DNA of 64,000 bases. Source: Mobula hypostoma. Taxonomy: Eukaryota. The notes under the pieces were generated by a model. It had not been told where the DNA came from and did not search any database. It was given only the letters and a program-made list of their open reading frames with translations. Each line of letters starts with the position of its first letter. The stretch's first letter is position 1. The stretch lies in the NCBI RefSeq assembly GCF_963921235.1, contig NC_086097.1, forward strand, positions 65,908,001 through 65,972,000. The letters are read 5' to 3'. Of this stretch, positions 1 through 10,174 are shown one piece after another. Position numbers and translations under genes: made by a program.

Positions 1-111
1 TTCAGGTTGTTGCTGATTACATCTTGCAAAATCCATATAGACTGTAACTGATTTGCTGAAAATTTTCAAGGTACTCAGTCACTCTATCCTGAATCATCCA
101 TCCAAATATTT

Positions 112-480
112 CAGAATCAAAAGAATCAGGTTTATTATCACTGGCATGTGACATGAAATTTGTTAACTTAGCAGCAGCAGTTCAATGCAATACATAATCT
201 AGCAGAGAGAGAGAAAAAAATAATAAATTAACAAGTAAATCAATTACATATATTGAATAGATATTTTAAAATGAGCAAAAACAGAAATACTGTATATTAA
301 AAAAAGTGAGGTAGTGTCCAAAGATTCAATGTCCATTTAGGAATTGGATGGCAGAGGGGAAGAAGCTGCTCCTGAATCACTGAGTGTGTGCCTTCAGGCT
401 TCTGTTGCTCCTACCTGATGGAGAAAAGGGCTTGCCCTGGGTGCTGGACGCTGCCTTTGTGAGACACTGCTCCCTGAAGG
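112..480 (-). mobile_element. 3' end of Rex1/Babar-type LINE
   Basis: Minus strand ends AATAAACCTGATT..(CTG/TTG)ATT, the same tail type as the + strand element ending near 27372; boundaries approximate. Confidence 0.6.
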
Positions 481-1039
481 TGGCCACTTACTCGACAGTT
501 GGCCTTAGTATAGCAGACCTTTAATTCCCAGACTGAGGAAGTAGTTAAAATAATTATAGCTATGCTCAGTCAACTTACTTTTAAACCCTGGGATTAATGC
601 TTCCTGGTCCTGAGGATTCATCATTTTTAAGTATCATCATTTTGTTTGTTAATCTTGCACATCATTCGTCCCATTACAATTTTTTTGTGGACGTCTATGA
701 TTCTTTTCTCATCCTCTTCTGTAAATATTAATGTAAAGTTGTCAACAAATTTTCATAGTTTATTTTATAATATTCTTATCCTTTCTACTAAGATGGAATG
801 TAAAATAGGTTAGGTTGCAATCAAGAGATTGTTTCTCACACCATGGGTTCTGTGACTGTAGAAATTCAGATTCATTGTGCATGGTGAAAGCAGAGACCAT
901 TTCAAACCATGTTTGGTGAAAGAAATTAGAAAGCTTGCATTTAAATAACCCTTTTTCAGACCTATGCACATTGCTAAGCACTCAAAAACCTATTGTTTAT
1001 TTTCATATAATCATTGTTCTAATATCACAATATGAATGG

Positions 1040-1400
1040 TTAGGCCTTGGATAGTGGGACATTATGCTTGCACAAGACATTGGTGAGACTGCACTTGGAG
1101 TATTCTGTGTGCAGTTTTGGTCACCCTGCTATATGAAAGAAGTTATTAAATTGGAAAAATTTCAAAGAAGACTTATGAGGATGCTTCCAGGACATGAGGC
1201 TTGAGTTATAGGAAGAGGTTGGGCTGGTAGGAGCTTGAGGGGGTGACTCAACAATGGTACAGTATATAAAATCATTAAAAGCTTAGATAGGGTCAACAAA
1301 TACAGTCTTTTTTTATTCCTAAGGAAGGTAAGAGGTTAAGAGGTGAAAGATTTACAAGAGACCAGGAAGCAACTTTTTCATTCAGAGAGTGGTTTATATC
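1040..1400 (+). mobile_element. Old CR1 LINE 3' RT fragment; continues at 5532-5580 and 6751-6900
   Basis: Degenerate LVRPHLEYCVQFWSP-coding sequence; the FTQRVV..WNELP motif is split between 1400 and 5532. Confidence 0.65.
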
Positions 1401-4400
1401 TAGAACATAGAAACATAGAAAACCTACAGCACAATACAGGCCCTTCGGCCCACAAAGCTGTGCCAAGCATGTCCTTACCTTAGAACTACCTAGGCTTACC
1501 CATAGCCCTCTATTTTTCTAAGCTCCATGTGCCTATCCAGGAGTCTCTTAAAAGACCCTATTGCTTCCGCCTCCACCAGCGCCCGGCAGCCCATTCCACG
1601 CACTCACCACTCTCTGCAAAAAAAAACTTACCCCTGACATCTCCTCTGTACCTACTTCCAAGCACCTCAAAACTATGCCCTCTCATGCTAGCCATTTCAG
1701 CCCTGGGAAAAAGCCTCTGACTATCCACATGATCAATGCCTCTCGTCATCTTGTACACCTCTGTCAGGTCACCTCTCATCCTCCCATCACTCCAAGGAGA
1801 AAAGGCCGAGTTCACTCAACCTATTCTTATAAGGCATGCTCCCTAATCCAGGCAACATCCTTGTGAATCTACTCTGCACCCTTTATATAGTTTCCACATC
1901 CTTTCTGTAGTGAGGTAACTAGAACTGAGCACAGTATTCCAAGTGGGGTCTGACCAGGGTCCTACATAGCTGAAAAATTAACTCTTGGCTCTTAAACTCA
2001 ATCCCACGATTGACGAAGGCCAATGCACCGTATGCCTTCTTAACCACAGAGTCAACCTGCGCAGCAGCTTTGAATGTCCTATGGACTTTGGCTCCAAGAT
2101 CCTTCTGATCCTCCACACTGCCAAGAGTCTTGCCATTAATACTATATTCTGCCATCATATTTGACCTACCAAAATGAACCACCTCACACTTATCTGGGTT
2201 GAACTCCATCTGCCACTTATTAGCCTAGTTTTGCATCCTATCAATGTCCCACTGTAACCTCTGACAGCCCTCCACACTGTCCACAACATCCCCAGCCTTT
2301 GTGGCATCAGCAAATTTTCTAACCCATCGCTCCATTTCTTCATCCAGGTCATTTATAAAAATCACAAAGAGTAGAGGTCCTAGAACAAATCTCTGAGGCA
2401 CACCACTGGTCACCAACCTCCATGCAGAATATGACCCATGTACAACCACTCTTTACCTTCTGTAGGTAAGCCATTTCTGGATCCACAAAGCAATGTCCCC
2501 CTGGATCCCATGCCTCCTTACTTTCTCAATAAGCCTTGTATGGGGTACCTTATCAAATACCTTGCTGAAATCCATATATACTACATCTACGGCTCTACCT
2601 TCATCATTGTGTTCAGTTACATCCTCAAAAAAATTCAATCATGCTTGTAAGGCACGACCTGCCTTTGACAAAGCCATGCTGACTATTCCTAATCATATTA
2701 TGCCTCTCCAAATGTTCATAAATCCTGCCTCTCAGGATCTTCTCCATCAACTTATCAACTACTGAAGTAAGACTCACTGGTCTATAACTTCCTGGGCTAT
2801 CTCTACTCCCTTTAGAACATAGAATAGTACAGCACAGTACAGGCCCTTCGGCCCACAATGTTGTACTGACCCTCAAACCCTGCCTCCCATATAAGCCCCC
2901 ACCTTAAATTCCTCCATATACCTGTCTAGTAGTCTCTTAAACTTCACTAGTGTATCTGCCTCCACCTCTGACTCAGGCAGTGCATTCCAAGCACCAACCA
3001 CTCTCTGAGTAAAAAACCTTCCTCTAATATCCCCCTTGAACTTCCCACCCCTTACCTTAAAGCCATGTCCTCCTGTATTGAGCAGTGGTGCCCTGGGGAA
3101 GAGGCGCTGGCTATCCACTCTATCTATACCTCTTATTATCTTGTACACCTCTATCATGTCTCCTCTCATCCTCCTCTCCAAAGAGTAAAGCACTAGCTCC
3201 CTTAATCTTTGATCATAATGCATACTTTCTAAACCAGGCAGCATCCTGGTAAATCTCCTCTGTACCCTTTCCAATGCTTCCACATCCTTCCTATAGTGAG
3301 GTGACCAGAACTGGACACAGTACTCCAAGTGTGGCCTAACCAGAGTTTTATAGAGCTGCATCATTACCTCACGACTCTTAAACTCTATCCCTCGATTTAT
3401 GAAAGCTAACACCCCATAAGCTTTCTTAACTACCCTATCTTGAATAAGGGGACACATCCGCATGCTCCAATCCTCCAGAATCTCTCCTGTCCTCATTGAT
3501 GATGCAAAGATCATCGCCAGAGGCTCAGCAATCTCCTCCCTCGCTTCCCACAGTAGCCATCCAGTCCCGGTGACTTATCCAAATTGATGCTTTCCAAAAG
3601 CTCCAGCACATCCTCATCCTTCATATCCACATGCTCAAGCTTTTCAGTCCACTGCAAGTAATCCCTACAATCGCCAAGATCCTTTTCTGTAGTGAATACT
3701 GAAGCAAAGTATTCATTAAGTACCTCTGTTATCTCCTCCGGCTCCATACACACTTTTCCACTGTCACACTTGATTGGTCCTATTTTCTCACATCTTATCC
3801 TCTTGCTCTTCACATACTTGTAGAATGCTTAGGGTTTTCCTTAATCCTGTTCACCAAGGCCTTCTCATTGCCCTTTCTAGCTCTCCTAATTTCATTCTTA
3901 AGCTCCTTCCTGCTAAGTTTATAATCTTCTAGATTGCTGTCATTACCTAGTTTTTTGAACCTTTCATAAACTCTTCTTTTCTTCTTGACTAGATTTACAA
4001 CGGCCTTTGTACACCACGGTTCCTGTACCCAACCATCTTTTCCCTGTCTCATTGAAACGTACCTATGCAGAATTGTGATCTCTATCTCCAAAACGTTCTC
4101 CCACTGAGAGACCTGACGCCTGACCAGGTTCATTTCCCAATGCCAGATCAAGTACAGCCTCTCATTTTGTAGGCTTATCGACGTATTGTGTCAAGAAACC
4201 TTCCTGAACACACCTAACAAACTCCATCCCATCTAAGCCTCTCACTCTAGGGAGATGCCAATCAATATTTGGGAAATTAAAACCTCCCGCCATAACAGCC
4301 CTGTTATTATTACACCTTTGCAGAATCTGACTCCCTATCTGCTCCTCGATGTCCCTGTTACTATTGGGTGGTCTATAAAAAAACACCCAGTAGATTTATT

Positions 4401-5207
4401 GACCCTTTCCTATTCCTAACTTCCACCCACGGAGACTCCGTAGATAACCCCTCCATGACTTCCTCCTTTTCTGCAGCCGTGACACTATCCCTGATCAACA
4501 GTGCCACGCCTCCACCTCTTTTGCCTCCCTCCCGATCCTTTCTGAAACATCTAAAGCCTGGCAACTGAAGTAACCATTCCTGCCCCTGAGCCATCCATGT
4601 CTCTGTAATGGCCACAACATCAGTTGCTGATCCACGCTCTAAGCTCATCTGCTTTGTTCATAATACTCCTCGCATTAAAATAAACACATCTCAAACCATC
4701 GGTCTGAGCGCGTCCCTTCTCTATCACCTGCCTGTCCTCCCTTTCGCACTGTCTCCAAGCTTTCTCTATTTGTGAGCCAACCTCCCTTTCCTCTGTCATT
4801 TCAGTTCGGTTCCCACCCCGCCAGCAATTCTAGTTTAAACTCTCCCCAATAGCCTTAGCATTATCCCCGCCAGGATATTGGTTCCCCTGGGATTCAAGTG
4901 CAATGCATCCTTTTTTGTACAGGCCACACCTGCCCCAAAAGAGGTCCCAATGATCCAGAAATCTGAATCTCTGCTCCCTGCTCCAATCCCTCAGCCACGC
5001 ATTTATCCTCCACCTCATTCTATTCTTATACTCACTGTCACGTGGCACAGGCAGTAATCCAGAGATTACTACCTTTGAGGTCCTGCATCTCAACTTCCTT
5101 CCTAACTCCCTGTAGTCTGCTTTCAGGACCTCCTCCTTTTTCCTGCCTATGTCGTTGATACCAATATATACCATGACCTCTGGCTGTTCTCCTTCCCACT
5201 TCAAGAT
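1401..5207 (-). mobile_element. CR1 LINE, near full length, frameshifted (ORF1 SGNH/esterase part, ORF2 EN-RT)
   Basis: ORF pieces VAITETW (EN), YRPVSLTSVV, SQHGFVKGRSCL, MDFSKVFDKVPH, GVPQ..LGPLLF..FADATK; ORF1-like VMVYIGINDIG..VVISGLLPVPR; (TTTCTATG)n tail at 1401-1420. Confidence 0.9.
2813..3437 (-). mobile_element. Younger 5'-truncated CR1 nested in the CR1 above
   Basis: Own 3' tail at 2813; clean LVRPHLEYCVQFWSPHYRKD..FFTQRVVGAWNALP frame; host sequence ctactccctt|cttgaataagg rejoins across it. Confidence 0.85.
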
Positions 5208-5219
5208 ATATGAAATGAA

Positions 5220-5531
5220 ATAATATAGGCATCCAGTAGTCTCATGGGACCATGGATTTGTGCCTTGGAAGGTTTCCAGGGCGCAGGCCTGGGCAAGGTT
5301 GTATGGAAGACTGGCAGTTGCCAATGCTGCAAGTCTCCCCTCTCCACGCCACCGATGTTGTCCAAGGGAAGGGCACTGGGGCCGATACAGCTTGGCACCG
5401 GTGTCATCGCAGAGCCATGTGTGGTTAAGTGCCTTGCTCAAGAACACAACACGCTGCCTCAGCTGACGCTCGAACTAGCGACCTTCAGATTACTAGACCG
5501 ACGCCTTAACCACTTGGCCACGCACCAACAC
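5220..5531 (-). mobile_element. tRNA-derived SINE with CORE-like central domain
   Basis: A box TGGCCAAGTGG (5520-5510), B box AGTTCGAGC (5476-5468), CORE-like TTGAGCAAGGCACTTAACC (5441-5423); 12-bp TSD atatgRaatgaa at 5208-5219 and 5532-5543. Confidence 0.8.
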
Positions 5532-5585
5532 ATATGGAATGAACTGCCAGAGAAAATGGTTGAGACAAGTACAGTATTTGGATTT

Positions 5586-6750
5586 AGCATACCTGAATGA
5601 TTGGCGCCCTGTTGCACTCTCCTCAATTATAAGCAAATGTTTTGAGACGCTGGTTAAAGACTACATCTGCAGTATGCTACCACCCACAATGGACCCCCTA
5701 CAATTCGCCTACCAACGGAACTGGTCTACCGATGACGCCATAGCCACAGTACTACACACCATCCTCACTCACCTGGAGAAGAGGGATGCTTACATTAGGA
5801 TGCTGTTCCTGGACTACAGTTCAGCATTCCACACCATAATTCCTTCCAGACTTGACAGGGAGCTCAGAGACCTCAGCCTGCATCCCACCTTGTGCAGCAG
5901 GATCCTAGACTTCCTATCGGTTTGCCGACAGGTGGCAGGGATGGGCTCCCTCACTTCTGTCCCTCTGACCCTCAACACACGTGCCCCCCAGTGTTGTGTT
6001 CTGAGTCCCTTTCTCTACTGCCTTTATACCCACGACTGTACTGCCACAGCTCCAATCTGCTGATCAAATTCGCAAATGACATGACTTTGATCGGCTTTAT
6101 TTCTAGTGGTAACAAGACAGCCTACAGAGGAGAGGTTGATACCCTCACACAGTGGTGCCAGGATAACAACCTCTCCCTCAATGTCCAAAAAACAAAAGAG
6201 CTGATTGTGGATTACAGGAGGAATGGAGACAGGCTCAGCCCAATCAATATCAATGGCTCTGCAGTTGAGAGGATGAGTAGCTTGAAGTTCCTCAGTATAC
6301 ACATCACCAATGATCTCACCTGGACTGTATACACCAGTTTTGTGGCAAAAAAAGCACAACAGCATCTCTTCCACCTCAGGCGACTGAAGAAGTTCAGCAT
6401 GGGCCCCCAAACCCTCAAGACCTTCTATAAGGGCACCATTGAGAGCATACTGACTGGTTGTATCACTACCTGGTATGGAAACCCCTCCACGCTTGATCAC
6501 TGGGCACTGCCCAGCACATCTGTGTGGATGTGACACCAGACATCCCAACCATAATCTCCTTCAGCTGCTTCCATCTGGCAAACGTTACCGCAACATTTAA
6601 GCCAGCACCAACAGGCTATGGGACAGCTTCTTTCTACAAGCCATTAGACTTTTAAATTCACATGTCTGTACATTGCATGGAGTTATAACGCAAAGATTTT
6701 TAATCCCTCACATTCTGGGATGGATGTAAGATTTAAATAAATTATAATTC
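5586..6750 (+). mobile_element. Rex1/Babar-type LINE RT 3' fragment
   Basis: LNDWRPVALSSIISKCFE, DPLQFAY, LFLDYSSAFHTI, KFANDMT, WCQDNNLSLNVQKTKELIVDYRR. Confidence 0.85.
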
Positions 6751-7188
6751 TAAAAGAGGTACTTGGATAAGTACATGGACAAGAAGAGTTTGAAAGAATA
6801 TGGGCCAAATGTGGGCAAATGGAACTAGCTTGGTAGACACCATGGTCAACATAGAGAACTGGGCTGAAGGGCAGTTTCTATGTTGTATTACTCTGGCTCT
6901 ATCTGAAAATGTGATTATCAATTTGCATATAAATTTCACTTAGCACTGTGCTGAAGTGTTCTTAATTTTACTCCTAGCTGGTACAGCTCTCTATTTTAAA
7001 TTGTTTTCACCAATGACTACCACGTACACAGCTCTAATCGTTCCTCAATAAATTGCCTCCATCATTACTAGCTTAAAAATCAATCAAAGATATTTTTGAT
7101 TGTCTGTCCAAAAAGGCTCAAGTCTGTTTGCCTTCTGCCAAAAGTTTATTGGGAATTCATATATTGATTAAGCTGTTATGGTGTGTAC

Positions 7189-7240
7189 TTGTGTGAGTGA
7201 GTGTGTGAGAGAGAGAGAGACAGAGAGATGGACAGACAGA
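7189..7240. repeat. Imperfect (GT)n/(GA)n microsatellite
   Basis: tgtgtgagtgagtgtgtgagagagagagagacagag. Confidence 0.7.
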
Positions 7241-9611
7241 GTAATGGGGGGTGGTAATGGATAGTGGGGTCATTAGGTGTAACACAGTCACTTTACTCAA
7301 CTTAGAGGAAAAAGTCATAGGAAATGGTCTCCATAAGTGCTTGGAAATAGCCATTAGAATGCTAATGCAACTGCAATAATCAAATTGTCTGGTCAAAACA
7401 GGGAGAAATAAAACTAGTTATTAACAAATAATGCTATGCTCTTTGTAATCACAGATATAGTTCTCTATGTGGATACATTCTGGATTTTGAGCTAATATGG
7501 CAAAATAAATTACTGTCTTTCCATAAGGTAACAGAACAAAATTAAGAAACTGATGCAAATACAAAAGACAGAAAAAGACATTTCAAGTGCTATAGTTTGA
7601 GGCCAGTGCAGTTATCCCTGACAGCAGCTCCAGGTCTACAGCACCTGTGTTTACTCTTTAGCTTTTCCTGATTTCCCTGCAAGTAGCCAAAGAATGATAG
7701 TCACTGATATCCAAAACCAAGGGCTTTTAGTAATGTTAATCATTAATGTTACTTTTCTTTGTGACTGTAGGCATTGAGAATGTTTAATTTGCTTTACCTT
7801 CCAAATCACAAGAAGGGTTTGGTCATCATTTACCTGGTGGATCATTCAAATATGAAAAACAAGTCTTCTAATTTAAATTTTTCGTTTTATTGATCAATAT
7901 TTGATACTATTGTATTTGTTTTATAAGCCTACTTTTTAATGCCTTGGTGATTTATAAATTTAAAGATGATAAAATTTAGTTTTAAACAATATGTGAAAGA
8001 AATATAGCAATACATAATAATATTAAAATATGTAAAAGTATATTGCATTTCAACCATTCTTACTTGGTGAAAAATTGATAAATTGATAAAAACTCACTTA
8101 ATTGCATTTTCTTCTACCTCTCATAGACACATTCACAAAATAAGCAAGGACAGTACATTTTTGAATGTCCTTGACATTGTTATGCTACATTGAGGATAGT
8201 TAAAGTAGTATGTCAGATTTTTAAAACTTTAATGGGCACTCCAGTTGGAAGACAGTTTTTGTCAAATGTAAACCAAACTGGTTTCTGCAAGATTTCCATG
8301 TAAGAAAAATGGGAGAGCTGAAACCAAATCTGTGCATCCAGCTTCAGCTCTTAAAAATAAATCTCAGTTCATCAACTGTCATAAGCACACTGATGAAACA
8401 GATGCAGCAATTAGTGAACATTACAATATAACTTACTTGTACTTTTGTTCATGGTTGGGTGAAATTACTGTTTTTTCGATTTTGCACAAATAAATGGACG
8501 ACAATAATCAATGTAAAGCTGCTCACGATCATCTAGGTTCTAAGAAAGTGCTTTGTCTTCATATACTCAAGAAACCCATCGTATCACCCGGAAATGATTA
8601 AAAAATGCATTTAAATTGTTTACATAAATCAAGAGCATTTGCATGTATTTGAAATTGTTAATCCTGCTTTTTATGATGATGAATTACTTTGCTTTTTTTT
8701 GCTTAAGGCAGGGTTTCTATCGAACTCTTCTCAATTATGTTTCAACTTGCCTCCCTATTCTGTGTTTTTAATCATTAACAAAGAGACGGCTCCTGTTACT
8801 CTAGTAACATTTTGTTGCTTGTAGTAGTTGCCAGGTGATATATTCCTCTTGCAATTTTATTTGGAGCAATATTATTTTATGACAGAGCAAAAAGATCTCT
8901 TATCATGCTGTCATCGGTGTGTCATGTTACTGATCCTTTACTTTTTAATTCAATTATGTTAACTTGTAAAGAGAACAGGCTTAATTAGTTCTGCATTACA
9001 ATATTATTCTTTATCTCTAATTCATTTAACTGCATCCTACATCTTTACTGTCTTCATGTTGTCGCAGAAAACTAACTTATCGCTGTTATATTGTTTGTCA
9101 ATATCAAAACAATTTTATGCTGGTATCTCATTACTTTATACTTAAGCAGTGCAAACTTCATGTTCATGTTCTCTTGCTTTTATACTGAACTTTAGAAACA
9201 GGTTTCTATTGGTCTGTGATTCAGACTTAGAGATGAGGATAATGACAAACGTTACATAAATGCAGAGACCACTCTCTTATGTTGGTTCACAAGATTTAAA
9301 GACAGGACTTTGCACTGTAGTGAAGATCCTTAACCTAGCACCTTCATTAAGAATTTGTTGCAGGGTATTTGTTTTGTTGCAGTGCGGTTAAACCAGAAAA
9401 TGTGTTCATGAGAATTCTACATGTGGCATCCAAATAATTAACTATTGCATTCTTAGTAGTATGGGGTTAGAAAAGTATTTGGGGAAGAAATAATGTATTT
9501 GCAAAAAAACTCCATTTGAGGGGTTTCATCAAAAGAAGTATGTGCAATTTTGATAATGTTGATTTTCTAATTCTTTAGTGAAAATACTTTACTTTTTGGC
9601 ATGATAAATGT

Positions 9612-10174
9612 GTTCGTCCATCGTTGACATCGATGAGGACCTCGACACCATTATGATGGTGTCGAGACTAGCGCGTGATTTGGATTTAAGTGAGGGAGAG
9701 TTGCGCAGCGTCAGCCTCACTCTCTCTTCCCAATTCCCATCTGGATCCAGTGGCAAGACAGAGTTGAGACAGCTGGAGATGGGACTAGGCGCAGTGGATG
9801 ACCAGGACATCTTCTGTGTCGTGTCTTGTCCTGCTCTACACGTTCCACGACGCTTGCGGAGACCACTTTCTTGACCGTTGGACCATCCATTGGTTTCGTC
9901 CTCTCAATCAGCCGGAGTCTGTCTTCACATGCTGGGATAGACAACTCCCTATCTCACCGAGGGTTTGAGACCCATCGGCTACCTTCACCTGGTTTAGCCG
10001 GCTTGTCGAAGCCGTTGCCCGGAGTGTGGCCGCTGTCGCATGCCAACAGCTACGGGGAGCCACAGGTGAGAGCTGAGTGCCAGGTGGGGACAAAGGTGGA
10101 CTAACCGCCTTGAAAAGGATGCGACATGCTCCCTCACTAGAGATGCTACCCCTCCCTGACACCCCATACGCCCC
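9612..10174 (-). mobile_element. Non-autonomous RTE-type retroposon (LINE 5' UTR joined to 3' end), no credible coding ORF
   Basis: GC/CpG-rich island in AT-rich DNA; 8-bp TSD ATAAATGT (9604-9611, 10175-10182); 3' end ..CGATGGACGAAC preceded by an 11-bp stem-loop; 5' HDV-like fold. Confidence 0.75.
9985..10165 (-). ncRNA. HDV-like (nested double pseudoknot) self-cleaving ribozyme, predicted
   Basis: P1 GGGGTGT/ACACTCC, P2 TCACCTGT/A-c-CAGGTGA, P3 GGC/GCC, L3 TCCCCGTA plus hairpin, P1.1 CC/GG, GGGCAAC, P4 CGGCTT-cgac-AAGCCG, J4/2 G-C-T-A-A. Confidence 0.8.

Noticed and set aside
4830..5447. 205-aa ORF as a novel gene
   Set aside because: Chance fusion of SINE sequence with the CR1 ORF1 esterase-like region
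5455..5531. tRNA gene
   Set aside because: It is the head of a SINE: it continues into a CORE-like body and is flanked by a TSD
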